The notes beneath the pieces were generated by a model. That model was given only the letters and a program-made list of their open reading frames with translations. It ran no database searches and was not told where the DNA came from. 64,000 nucleotides of DNA from Candidatus Latescibacterota bacterium (GTDB lineage Bacteria > Latescibacterota > UBA2968 > UBA8231). Both the position numbers and the translations under genes were made by a program. Within the stretch, counting starts at the first letter, position 1. Every line of letters starts with the position of its first letter. The stretch lies in NCBI GenBank assembly GCA_965197905.1, contig CBDAOB010000001.1:96001-160000 (forward strand), written 5' to 3'. Positions 31,381 to 41,996 of this stretch are shown piece by piece.

Positions 31381-33075
31381 TTATTCCTGACGCCCGATAC
31401 CGGCTATCCGGAGCACTCCGGCACCGTCGGCATAGACATAAACGCGCGTGTATTTACTCCACCTTCCCGAGTTCTGACGCTGGGTGCGGATCTCGAAGCC
31501 GCGCACGACCATCGGTTTCAGCTCCAGATCCACCCTCCAGCGAGGTGACTCAGAGAGCTTGTCCACTCCGACGCGCCTGCCCCCGGCGTCGATGGCATGG
31601 TAGCGATAGCTAGCGGAGGAGGTCAACCCTCCCGCAACTGCCAGATCCGCGAAGCGCAGCTCGCCATCGACCACGACGAAACGATCCAACGGATTTACGC
31701 GTGCGAACCAGTATTTGCCAATCATGTCGCGGCGCTCCACCAACAATCGGGTGAGCTCGGCGGCGGCCCGCGGATCGGAATACTGGCCCATGGCCACCAT
31801 CGCTGCAATCTCCTCCTCGTTGAAGTTCATGAGGATTTTCGCTCCCCAATAGCCGTCGCGGTTGGTGCAGCGCTCGAAGGCCGGGTTGGGATAGGTAGGC
31901 ACCCAGCTGGCAGCGTCGAAGGTTTCGTTCTCGAAGTAACCCAGCTCGGGGTATTTCATGGGCAGCGGCTCTTCCCAGGGTTTGCGGTAGAACCCGAGAG
32001 AAACGATCGAACGCAGGATAGTGCGCGGATCCCACACGTACTCGTTGCCGTATTTGGGCAGATGGGGCATGAGGTTATTGCTTCCAAAGGCTGAGCCCAT
32101 ATCGATGAGATAATGTTTGACGTAACGTCGGCCTTCCTCATCCACGTACATATCCAGCGTGTTGGCGGCACGCCGATCGGCGTCGTTCATCCACGAGCCG
32201 ATCACTCGCAATCCGCGCAGCTCGCGGCGGTGCTGGTGATCTACCCGGTCGTTCGCATCGTCCTTGCGCCTGCCGTGACAATCGAAAATTCCTACCGGTT
32301 TGCCGGACAGAAACTTGCTGGCGATGCAGCGCAGGGTGCCGTCGTTCTGCGGGATGATGTTGTCGAGGATCCCCTGCAGATCTTTTTGGTTCATCGGACG
32401 CTTTTTGCCGCCCGGTACCGGAACCGTCGCTTTGGGACCGATCGTCAAACGTTTTGGATCGAAATAAACCACCGAGTTGCGCGGCACGTTGTATCCCGAC
32501 GCATGCAGAATCTTGGTGGCGATCACCTCCGCCGCGGAACCCATCTCGTTGTTCCCCTCGGAGTCGAACTTGAGCAGGAAATAGGCACCTTGGGCATCCT
32601 TTATGGTGAAGCCGGCGGTCCCCCCCTCGAACTTTCCAGCGACGATCTCCCATGGTCCGCTGGCGTGGGGCCTGGCGTGTCCCAGGCCGGTTTGCAGCTC
32701 GTCGAGCGACATGGGATGGAGAAAGTGGCGATTGGTATACCAGGAGGAGTTCGGGGTCTCGTCGAGAGCGTTGGCGTTATCCGCCTGGCGAGGTGGCGCG
32801 ACATTGAGAATGTTGCCCAGCCGGCGAGCCGACCATCCCAGGTCCAATAGTTTGCCGACCTGGTAGAACAGGGTATGGTCGGCGATGTCCCAGATCTGGT
32901 TCTCGACGATCTCCGCCGGCTCGGAAATGTTCTGGCTGTCGGCATCGAACCACTTGATCGCCGCGGCGGAAACCTCGGCCCCCAATTCCCCTGAAAGCAA
33001 CATCAGCACTGTCAGGGCACCGAGCGGCAAGAATCCGGCCAGCCGCGCCTTTGTTGGCTGGAGAGGCGGTGCCAT
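31381..33075 (-). CDS. secreted protein-kinase-like protein (copy 2)
   Basis: Signal peptide; DETPNSSWYTNR, FEGGTAG, FLLKFD, AAEVIATKIL, NDADRRAAN, HYLIDMG; clear paralogue of 22492..24135. Start overlaps the Omp85 stop. Confidence 0.72.
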   Translation of the reverse strand: MAPPLQPTKARLAGFLPLGALTVLMLLSGELGAEVSAAAIKWFDADSQNISEPAEIVENQIWDIADHTLFYQVGKLLDLGWSARRLGNILNVAPPRQADNANALDETPNSSWYTNRHFLHPMSLDELQTGLGHARPHASGPWEIVAGKFEGGTAGFTIKDAQGAYFLLKFDSEGNNEMGSAAEVIATKILHASGYNVPRNSVVYFDPKRLTIGPKATVPVPGGKKRPMNQKDLQGILDNIIPQNDGTLRCIASKFLSGKPVGIFDCHGRRKDDANDRVDHQHRRELRGLRVIGSWMNDADRRAANTLDMYVDEEGRRYVKHYLIDMGSAFGSNNLMPHLPKYGNEYVWDPRTILRSIVSLGFYRKPWEEPLPMKYPELGYFENETFDAASWVPTYPNPAFERCTNRDGYWGAKILMNFNEEEIAAMVAMGQYSDPRAAAELTRLLVERRDMIGKYWFARVNPLDRFVVVDGELRFADLAVAGGLTSSASYRYHAIDAGGRRVGVDKLSESPRWRVDLELKPMVVRGFEIRTQRQNSGRWSKYTRVYVYADGAGVLRIAGIGRQE

Positions 33076-34463
33076 CAGAACTCCTTCTCCAGAGAGAATC
33101 CGGTGAGAAGCCGCTCTGCCGAGCTGTGGGAAAGTCGGAGGCCGATCAGGAAGGCGGTTTCCGTTCGCAAGCTCAAGCCACCGCCCCACGAGCTGCGGAA
33201 GCGACCTAGCTTTACCTGCTCGTATTCGTCGAAGACCTGACCCTCGTCCCAGAACAGAAAGGCATTCCAGGTATCCCATACGGGATAGCGGTACTCGGCG
33301 CTCAGAAGCAGACTGCCCTCGCCGCGAAGGACGCCACGACGAAACCCGCGCAGCCTTTGGCTTCCGCCCAGCGTCGGTAGATCGGAGTAGGGTGCTATCT
33401 TATCGTCGCCTATGGTGTATACCTTTTCAGACAGGGCCCGCAACGCGAGTATTCGGTCTCGATAAAACAGGGTGAAAAACCGCTGAACCTCCGCCGCTGT
33501 GCGCAGAAAAGCTACCTCTTCGGAACCTGTGATGAAATCCGCTTCCAGCTGCAGCAGTCCGCCTCTTTCGGGATAGGCGAGGTCGCGAAAACTGAAATAC
33601 TGGTCGTTCGATACCAGCAGCAGACGCCCGGGCAACTGATAGTTGAGCGGATGTGAGATACTGCCGGTTGGCTCTTTGTAGTCCCGATCATCCCAGGCGA
33701 TCCGGCCGCCGAAGGAGAGCAGGGTGATGTCAAGGCCCACACCTCCGAATCCCGCTGCGGAATCCGTCAGTCCCGGAGGATCCCAGGGGGCGAAGGTCTG
33801 CACCCAGCGCCGTTGACTGAGTTCGCGGGTGCCAACCCCGATCCGCCCCTCGATATTGAGGTTGGAACGATACTCCTCCAGCTCGTCGGCGTGGGTGCGC
33901 CAGCCGAGAGTAGCTTGCAGATCGAACCGTTCGATCTCCAGCCGGCGCAGATCGTCCTCCCGAATCGGGCCGTTTACGGTAGCGCCCTCATTGTATGTTT
34001 GTAGGTACGCAGCGTCGACATGCCAGTAGAGCTTGCTACCCGCCACGTTCTGATCGCTGTAGAAAAGCTGTCCGGTCTGCCCCGCCCCCGCGTAAACAAA
34101 TTGGGCTTGGAATTCCCTCCCCTTCCCAAACAGGTCGGTGTGAAAGGTGGAGAAACCGCCGCCGGTGCCGGTTTCTCCACCAAGCTTGGCATACGGGAAA
34201 AAACCGAAGGTCCTATCCGCGTTGGTGAACAGATCGATTACCCGCTCCTGCAGCTCCTCGCGCTCGAAGTAGATTACGAACTGGCCCAAGGGGTAGACCG
34301 CGGCGGTCCACAGCAGGCGCGGGAACTCAAGGTAATAATGTTCGGTCTGGTAGGCACTGGTGCTGTCGGCGGCCGCTGCAGCTACGGCTGCCTCGTCCGA
34401 CGCCTCTGCCGAGGCTGTGATACCGCCGCAGGCAAGCAGCACAACAATCAGTAGATGTCTCAT
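33075..34463 (-). CDS. Omp85/BamA-TamA family beta-barrel without recognisable POTRA domains (copy 2)
   Basis: Signal peptide; LGGSQRLRGF, AEYRYPVW, SWGGGLSL; C-terminal Phe (LEKEF). Start overlaps the RND stop. Confidence 0.8.
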   Translation of the reverse strand: MRHLLIVVLLACGGITASAEASDEAAVAAAAADSTSAYQTEHYYLEFPRLLWTAAVYPLGQFVIYFEREELQERVIDLFTNADRTFGFFPYAKLGGETGTGGGFSTFHTDLFGKGREFQAQFVYAGAGQTGQLFYSDQNVAGSKLYWHVDAAYLQTYNEGATVNGPIREDDLRRLEIERFDLQATLGWRTHADELEEYRSNLNIEGRIGVGTRELSQRRWVQTFAPWDPPGLTDSAAGFGGVGLDITLLSFGGRIAWDDRDYKEPTGSISHPLNYQLPGRLLLVSNDQYFSFRDLAYPERGGLLQLEADFITGSEEVAFLRTAAEVQRFFTLFYRDRILALRALSEKVYTIGDDKIAPYSDLPTLGGSQRLRGFRRGVLRGEGSLLLSAEYRYPVWDTWNAFLFWDEGQVFDEYEQVKLGRFRSSWGGGLSLRTETAFLIGLRLSHSSAERLLTGFSLEKEF

Positions 34464-37400
34464 CAATAGGTGAAATCCTTGAAACGCACGCCGAAGAAAA
34501 GAGAATACAGAACCGGCACCAGCCCAAGGGTCAGTGCTGTGGCGAAGAACAGTCCGAAGATAATTGCCACTGCCATCGGTTCAAACATCGGTCCTCCGCC
34601 ATACCACAATGGCAACATGCCACCCATAGTGGTGCAGGTGGTGAGCAGGATCGGGCGCAGCCTTCCCAGGCAGGCTTGGATGACGGCGCGTGCCGGCTCC
34701 AACCCGTTCTGCTCCCGTTCCAGCTTGATCCGATCGAGGAGAACGATGGCGTTGTTGATGATGATTCCCGCCAAGGCTATCACACCGAGGAAGGTGACGA
34801 ATCCAAAATAGGACTTGGCCACCAGAAGCCCTATCACGACACCGATGAGACCGAGAGGGATTGTCAGCAGAATGATCAATGGGCGACGGATCGAGTTGAA
34901 CTGTCCCACAAGCAGCATAACGATGATCAAGCCGGCGATGGGCACCTTGACCCCGATCGATTCGTTCCCCTCCACCGACGCCTCCCACTCGCCACCGAAC
35001 TCCGACCGGTATCCGACGGGCCAGGCGATCGTCCGCAGCGAATCCCCAAGGGGCTCGAAGATCTCCATTGCATTGATGCCGGGCTCGACGGCAGCCGAAA
35101 CCGTCACCGTCTTCAGCCGGTCCCGTCGCAGAACCTTCGCCGGCTCCCAGACCACCTCGATGTGGGCCACCTGCTTCAACGGTACGGAGCGGCCGGTGAC
35201 CTGCGAGAAGATGTTGAGGCTTTCCAGCTTGCCCAAATCGTGCCGGTCCGCCTCCACGGAGCGCAGTGCGACCGGAATGACCTCGTCCTTCTCCCGGTAC
35301 TGGGTAGTCTCGAATCCGCTCAGCACCGTCTGTAGAGATACGGCAACATCCTGACTGGTGAGACCGGCGCGGCGCGCTCGCGGCTGATCGATGCGGACCA
35401 CCAGCTTCTTAGTCCAGGCGCCCCAATTGTCGCTGATGTTCTTGGTCCCGGGGATCGCGGCAAGCTGGGTCTTTACCCGGTCGACGAACTTGAACACCTC
35501 GTCGATCTCTTCGCCGGAGATTCGCACCTCGATCGGATCCATGACCGGTGGCCCATTGACGAGGCTGCGAATATCTGGTTTCACATCCGGAAAGTTCTCG
35601 AGGCAGAACCGCTCCAGCTTGGCAATCAGATCTGAGACGACCTCATAGGAGGAGGTGTTGACCAGCATCATGGTGTATTCAGGGCTGGCGTGGCGCGGAT
35701 TGAACGGCAGCGCAAACTTCGGCGGTCCCTGACCTACGAAGGTCGCCCAGTTGACCACTCCCTCGGGTCTGCCCTCGCCAGCCGTGAGCTCTTCTTCCAA
35801 AAACTGATCCACCCTCCGCGCGAAGGCCTCGGTGCGTTCGATGGGTGCCCCGATGGGCAGCTCGAATTCGGCCGTCAGGGTCGCCTGATCCTTGGCCGGA
35901 AAGAAGATTTGCGGAATAAATCCGAACCCCTGCATCGCCAGGAAGAAGACGGCGACGGCGCCCGCAACGCTGAGCAGTCGATGCCGCAACGCAGTCAGCA
36001 ACACTCCGCGATAGCGGCGGTAGAGCGGGGAGCCGAAACTCTCCTCCTGACTCTTCTGTTTGACCTTCATGAAGGTAACGCACAACATCGGTATCATTGT
36101 CAGCGAAAGCACCCATGAGCTCAGCAGGGCGATGCTCACCACTTGAAAGAGCGGGGCTGTGTACTCCCCGACCGTCGATTCCGCCAGGTAGATCGGCAAA
36201 AAGGCCGCTGCGGTCGTGAGGGAAGAGGTGAGCAAAGGGATCCGCAGCTCCCGCGCCGATTCCAGCGCCGCGTCCAGCGCCGCGGTGCCGCGAGCGATTC
36301 CCACCATGATCGATTCAGACATCACGATGGCGTTGTCCACCAGGAGTCCCAGGGCGATGATCAGAGCCGTGCGGGACATCTGATCGAGGCCGATCTCGAA
36401 CTGATCCATGATCAACAGGCTCAAGACCATGGTCATCGGTATAAGGGTTGAAACGACGAGACCAGTGCGCACGCCGAGACTCAGCAGCATCACCACCATG
36501 ACGATGGCCACCGCTTGCAGCAGGTTGCTGACGAAATCGTCCACCTTCTTGGTGACGATGTCGGGCTGGAAGGCGACGAAATCGAACTCCAATCCTATCG
36601 GATACCGTTCCTGGAGACGTTTTACGGTTGCCCGCACCTCGGTCCCCAGGTGAATCAGATTACCGCCCTCCCGCAGCGATATCCCCAGGGCCAGCGCCTC
36701 TTGGCCGTTGGCACGGACCCGGCGAGTCGGCGGATCGATATATCCGCGGTAGACGCGGGCGATATCCTCGAGATAGACCAGCTCCGAACCGCCGGGTAGA
36801 TTGATGATGGTGCGGCGGAGGTCCTCCACCGACTCGAAGTTTCCAGAAGGCTCTAAGACAATGCGCTCAAACCCGGTGTTTATGTCGCCCCCCGGCAACA
36901 GGATGTTGCGACTCTGCAGGATGTTGCGCAGGTGAACCGCTGAGATCCCCATCTCCGCCAGCCGGGCGTTGTTGTACTCGACGAAGATCCGCTCGTCCTG
37001 GGTTCCGTGAATCTCTACCTTCGCCACATCCTTGATCTTGAGTAGCTCGTTGCGAACCTGGTCGGCAACCTCCTTCAACTCCATGTAGCTGTAGCCCTCG
37101 CCCGTGAGGGTGGCGATGGTGCCGAAGACATCGCCGAACTCGTCATTGACCAGCGGCCCGATCACGCCATCCGGGAGTTCGCGGCTGGCGCGTTCGACCT
37201 TGCGCCGTAGATCGTCCCAAATCGGACGCAGCTGGCGCTCGCTCTCCTGAATATTTACGAAGACTTCCGAAACGCCGGTGCGCGAGGTGCTGTTGACGAA
37301 GTCCAGCTGGGGAATCTCCTCGATCGCCTTCTCCAGCTTGTCGCTCACCAGGAGCTCAACGCGCTCGGGGCTGGCCCCGGGGAAGAAGGTGAGCACCTGG

Positions 37401-37534
37401 GCGGTGCGAATGATGAATCCCGGATCTTCATTGCGCGGCATCTGGTCGTAGACCTGGATCCCGGCAAAAAGAATTACTATCAGCGCAACCGCGGTGACGC
37501 GGTTGTTCTCTATGGCGGCACGGGTGACGTTCAT
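34463..37534 (-). CDS. RND efflux permease (AcrB/AcrD/AcrF family)
   Basis: 1023 aa; PGASPERVE, GLLVDNAIV, GIIINNAIVL, RLRPILLT. Confidence 0.95.
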   Translation of the reverse strand: MNVTRAAIENNRVTAVALIVILFAGIQVYDQMPRNEDPGFIIRTAQVLTFFPGASPERVELLVSDKLEKAIEEIPQLDFVNSTSRTGVSEVFVNIQESERQLRPIWDDLRRKVERASRELPDGVIGPLVNDEFGDVFGTIATLTGEGYSYMELKEVADQVRNELLKIKDVAKVEIHGTQDERIFVEYNNARLAEMGISAVHLRNILQSRNILLPGGDINTGFERIVLEPSGNFESVEDLRRTIINLPGGSELVYLEDIARVYRGYIDPPTRRVRANGQEALALGISLREGGNLIHLGTEVRATVKRLQERYPIGLEFDFVAFQPDIVTKKVDDFVSNLLQAVAIVMVVMLLSLGVRTGLVVSTLIPMTMVLSLLIMDQFEIGLDQMSRTALIIALGLLVDNAIVMSESIMVGIARGTAALDAALESARELRIPLLTSSLTTAAAFLPIYLAESTVGEYTAPLFQVVSIALLSSWVLSLTMIPMLCVTFMKVKQKSQEESFGSPLYRRYRGVLLTALRHRLLSVAGAVAVFFLAMQGFGFIPQIFFPAKDQATLTAEFELPIGAPIERTEAFARRVDQFLEEELTAGEGRPEGVVNWATFVGQGPPKFALPFNPRHASPEYTMMLVNTSSYEVVSDLIAKLERFCLENFPDVKPDIRSLVNGPPVMDPIEVRISGEEIDEVFKFVDRVKTQLAAIPGTKNISDNWGAWTKKLVVRIDQPRARRAGLTSQDVAVSLQTVLSGFETTQYREKDEVIPVALRSVEADRHDLGKLESLNIFSQVTGRSVPLKQVAHIEVVWEPAKVLRRDRLKTVTVSAAVEPGINAMEIFEPLGDSLRTIAWPVGYRSEFGGEWEASVEGNESIGVKVPIAGLIIVMLLVGQFNSIRRPLIILLTIPLGLIGVVIGLLVAKSYFGFVTFLGVIALAGIIINNAIVLLDRIKLEREQNGLEPARAVIQACLGRLRPILLTTCTTMGGMLPLWYGGGPMFEPMAVAIIFGLFFATALTLGLVPVLYSLFFGVRFKDFTY

Positions 37535-37535
37535 C

Positions 37536-38631
37536 TCAATGGTCTCCCAGCAGTCTCACCCTCTGTCCGTCGACGATGCGACTGATGCCCGCGGTCACGA
37601 CCCGGTCCCCGTCGCTGATCCCTTCGATCACCTCGAAGTTCTCGCCCATGAAGTCGTCCGTGCGCACCTTCAGCGCGCGTCGGTGGACTTGACCAAATCC
37701 CTCGCCTGCCGGCACGACGACGTAGGCAAAATGACCGTTGCGGTCCTCGCCCACCGATACCAGCGGAACGTAGATATGCTCGCGCTTTCCGGTGGCGCCG
37801 AAGCTGAGCCCCACCTCCGCCGCCATGCCCGGCCTGCAGTCGGGATCGGAGTGATCCAACCGCACCGTAACCGGGAAGGTAGTAGCGGTACCGGTCGAAG
37901 TGACGCCGACCTCGGTTACGTGACCGGTGAACTCCCGATCCTTCAGCGCATCGAACTTTACGGTGGTTGGCTGTCCTTCGCGCACCTGAGCGATCAACAG
38001 CTCGGGTACGGCGATCTCAACCTCCAGCTGGGAGCCGGAAGTCAGCAACACCGCCGTCTGCCCGGGAGAGACGTTCTCGTTCGCCTCGATCCGCACGGCG
38101 GCAATGGCACCGTCAACCGGCGCCGCCAAGCGTGCATATCCTAGCTGAGATTGAGACAGCTCCAGCTTCTTGCCCACCGATTTGACCGTTTCGTCCGCCG
38201 ATACCGCCCCGGCGCGGGCAGCGTCCAGATCGTTGCGCGAGGCGTTGTTGTTTTCGTAGAGCGCCCGCACCCGCGCGTAGTTCGAGCGGGCGTTCATGGC
38301 CTGCGCTTTGGCGCTGGCCAGACTCGCCTCGGCATCCTCGACCTGCAAAGCGGTAGTCGCCGTCGTCCAGAGCCGCGAGGAGCTGTCCCTTTTTCACCTT
38401 GTCCCCCACTTCGACGGCGACACGTTCGACGGTCCCGGCTACCTTGAAGCTGAGCTTCGATTCCAGCGCGGCGCGAGCGGCGCCGGAGAAGGTGCGGGTC
38501 CTTCCGCCACCGGTTGCGAACACCTGCTCGAAACGAACCGGACGAATTACCGGTTCGGGAGGCGCCATCTCCTCCGCGCACCCTGGCAAGAATGGGGCGA
38601 CCGACACAACTATATAGAACGGGATCTTCAT
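37536..38631 (-). CDS. RND membrane fusion protein, frameshifted near 38348
   Basis: Lipoprotein start LPGC, LSFKVAG, VEVGDKVKKGQ; continues LQVEDAEA...LAAPVDG in the 37536..38348 frame; apparent extra T in cgctttgcag. Confidence 0.88.
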
Positions 38632-38679
38632 GAGCTAACCTCCAGCTTGCGCTGTTTTTATAACCGGGGCTTCCGAAAC

Positions 38680-41046
38680 CTAATCTGGCTGCGCTGATTC
38701 GGAGCGTTCGAAAAATTCTTCTACCGCGGCAAACCATTCGTTCCGTTTCTCCGCGTTGGCGAAGAAGTAGAACTTGCCTATGGCACGCTCAACCTCCATT
38801 AGATCCTTCAGAAAGTCATGCACGGCGTTCGCGGCAGCTTCCTGGGCCAAAAGCGCAGCGTTCTGGGCGTCCAGGAGATCGAGCACCGAAACCACACCGC
38901 GGCCGTACGCATCTTCAACCAACTCCAGATTCCGCGCCGCGGCCACCGCCCCGTCCTCGCTGAGTCCGATGGCAGCATAGGAAGCGCCGGCCAGGTGCAG
39001 GGCCGAGCGAATTCTTTGCTCTATCCGTTCGGCAGCCGCCTCTCGTTCCAGCTGTAATCGCTCGAGATCGATGCGAGCTTTGCTCGCGGCCGAGGATTTT
39101 GCCCCGCCGCTGTAGATCGGCAGCGCCAGATTCAGACCTAGGGTCTAGTTGGTTTCATCAAGCGGCGCGTCGGACTGCTTGCCGCCGTCGACGAATTCGT
39201 TGGTGATTTCTCCCCGTGCTGCCACCGTGGGCGACCAGTAGGCACGACGCGCCGAGGTGAGTGCCCGTTGTTGCGCCGCAATCGCTGCGTCGAGCCGCTT
39301 CAGCTCCGGTGCCGAGGCGAGTCCATCCTGTACCATGAAGCCGCGGAAGATCTTGAAATTCTGTTGATTTTCGATGAGCCGGATAAACCGTTGTTCGTGG
39401 GTGATCAGCTCTTCGTGAAAGAGTCCGGTCTCTTCGGTGGCAAACGACTCCTCGAGAGGTCGGTGCAACAGTCTGTTGAGCTCGATCTCCGCCAGGTTGC
39501 GACGGGAGTTGGCGGAGATCACACGTTGCCGGCTGGTGGCGATCTGACTCTCCCAGCGGTACACCTCGGAGGACCCAGAGAAACCGATGGTCTCCCGCAC
39601 CCTGGCCAGCTCGAGGTTGGAGCGGGTCAATTCCAGGTTCTCCTTTTGGACCCGCTCAAAGGTTTTCGCCCGCAGCAGGTCGAGGTAGGCACGTGCCGCC
39701 GCCTGAATGATATCCAGGCGCACCTGTTTCAGCTCCAGATCGCGCGCCTTCTGCAGGTTCCTCTGAATAGAGACGTTCGCCAGCGCCGCTTCAGAATACA
39801 CGAGCTGGGAAACGCTACTGCTGCCCGTTGCGTTCCGCTCCGGTTGCGGAGCGGTTGCAATATCGGCGTCCAGCGCCACTGCCGTCGCCTCGATGCCAAG
39901 CTGCGGTAGCAGCGCCGATCGAGCTGTGCGCACATCCTCGCTACCACTGCGAACGCGCAGTCTTCGAACCGCCAGATCGAGGTTCGTCTCGAGCGCTTCC
40001 CGAACGGCGCTGGTGAGGGACCAGTGCCTTTCCACCTGCCGGCGGACGGTGTTGATCAGCTCCGCCTCGGTAACGACACTCCAGGGCGGATAGACCCCGA
40101 TGGCACGTACCGTCGCCATGTTTATGGTCAGCTTTTCATGTCGAGAAAACGCCACTGGCAGTGTGCCCGCATCTTCGCCCAGGAGGATACTCTGTATATT
40201 CAGCGCGATACGTCGCCCCAGCCGCAGGATCTCGTTGGTGGGATATGCCCCGGCCAGGATGCCCCGCTCTACCAGGCCGGTGCTGAGAGCTGAAAAGCTG
40301 GGCAGGCGGCGCTCGATCAGTCCTTGCACCAGGATCTCGACCTCAACGTCTGCAAGGTTGAGCGGCAACCCGATAAATACCCCATCCACGTCGGCTGGCA
40401 ACGCCTCCAGTACCGAAGCGGCGGTCCCTTTGGCAGGCACCGGCACCACCTCGACACCGATAGATCTTCCGGCCTCGACGAAATGACTTTGCAACGGGGG
40501 AATCGCCTCCAGAATGGACCCGCTGGCGAGCAGAGCGACCTTGTTGAACGGTGCGATTTCGCGGAAAAGGCCGAGGGTGTTCGGAATGCTGGCGGGAAAG
40601 GTGATATAACTCAGGTTCCTGACGCCACTGGCCTGTCCGGCCAGAGGAATGCCCTGCAGCTTGGGATCCATGATCAACGGCGCGATGACCGGCTTTGGAA
40701 GCGATGAACGATTTGCCGCCAGGTGGGAAGAGATCGGTCCGCCTGACAGCACCAGGTCTACCTGTGGATCCCGCAGCAGCTGATCCAACGCTCGTTCGAT
40801 CCCAGGTAGCGTGTCATCAGCCACCAGGATCTTGTCGGCAGGAAACGATACGGCAAACTCCCCCGCCATGAGTTGGACGACCTCATCCAGCACCAGCTCG
40901 CGAAGCTCGGCGCGGCTGGCCGGTGTATTAGGGCCATCTACCACCAGGCCGATGCGGATCTCCGACACTGCATTGGCGCTCGAGACGATAACGCACATGA
41001 GCAGCACCGCGATGAGTGTGACCTTTGAAGCGAATCGACGGTTCAT
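38680..41046 (-). CDS. TolC-family outer membrane protein with N-terminal periplasmic-binding-like domain; in-frame TAG at 39145-39147
   Basis: N-terminal ABC substrate-binding-like region, then OEP repeats; the frame continues unchanged after TAG (DETN*TLGLNLALP...DLLDAQ). Confidence 0.85.
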
Positions 41047-41813
41047 GGGTTGATGGCTCCTTGACCGGCCGGTTGAAATCCCTGCTGCAACATCGTGGAG
41101 GTGACCGTCTCAATCGCAGCACCGCCACCGACGTAGATGCCCCACAGAACAAGCATTGCGATAAGAGCTCTTCGTTGCGAGACATCGCCCATTACCGACA
41201 TGCCGGTTGCTATTACCAGAACCTGCCAGACGTCGAAAAAATTGATGTCGGTCAATGCGCGGCCGGCAAAGGTGTGAACCATGTTTTCAGGGACGAACCA
41301 GCCCATGCCCGTTTGCACGATCGGGGACTGCTGGATGTTTTTCAGAATCGCGCTGGCGATCCACTCCAGTCCCATCACCATCGAGGCATAGCCCTTGATC
41401 ACCAGAGCTTGGCGAAACGATACATCCACCTCGAACAGGGAGCGTAGCATCACCTGCAAGATGAACGCGACCACCACCAGCGAGATGAAGGTGCCCAGCG
41501 GAATCATGATCCAGCCCTGGGTTTTGAGCATCTCCATGCTGGCCAGATAATGCTCCCGTTGTTGCTCATGCATCTGTTGCAGCTGTCCCTGCAGCACGGG
41601 CGAGTCCAGGTCGTCCATCAACGGAAGACTCAGCGCGTGCGACATCAAACCCATCAAACTCACAACGACAGCAGGTAGAAACCAGTCGAGCCAGCCCTCT
41701 CTTCCAGCGACCGCCTCGAAGCTGGATCTGGGGGCGTAATACACACGCTTGAGGCGTTCCTGTATCGTCAGCGCTTCACCTGAGAAAACCGATCCCATTT
41801 CTTGTTCCAGCAA
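41043..41813 (-). CDS. Yip1-domain membrane protein
   Basis: YYAPRSSFEAV, several TM helices, INFFDVWQ; stop overlaps the TolC start. Confidence 0.7.
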   Translation of the reverse strand: MLEQEMGSVFSGEALTIQERLKRVYYAPRSSFEAVAGREGWLDWFLPAVVVSLMGLMSHALSLPLMDDLDSPVLQGQLQQMHEQQREHYLASMEMLKTQGWIMIPLGTFISLVVVAFILQVMLRSLFEVDVSFRQALVIKGYASMVMGLEWIASAILKNIQQSPIVQTGMGWFVPENMVHTFAGRALTDINFFDVWQVLVIATGMSVMGDVSQRRALIAMLVLWGIYVGGGAAIETVTSTMLQQGFQPAGQGAINP

Positions 41814-41996
41814 TGTTCACTCCCTCGTGAAACGATGAATATATCAATAATTTTCGACCAGAAAACCCGATGGTCGCTTCACTCTGGCTCTCGAGCAGTT
41901 GCTTATTAGATTGAGACCCTGGATCGCAACCGACGGGTGCTGCGTCTAACATAGGTCGACTCGGCGCAAGATGGTCCGTTTCAGACGGAGATCGAG

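Noticed and set aside
39145..39147. Pyrrolysine or amber recoding in TolC
   Set aside because: Many other genes here end normally at TAG, no pyl genes are visible, and Trp fits the context.
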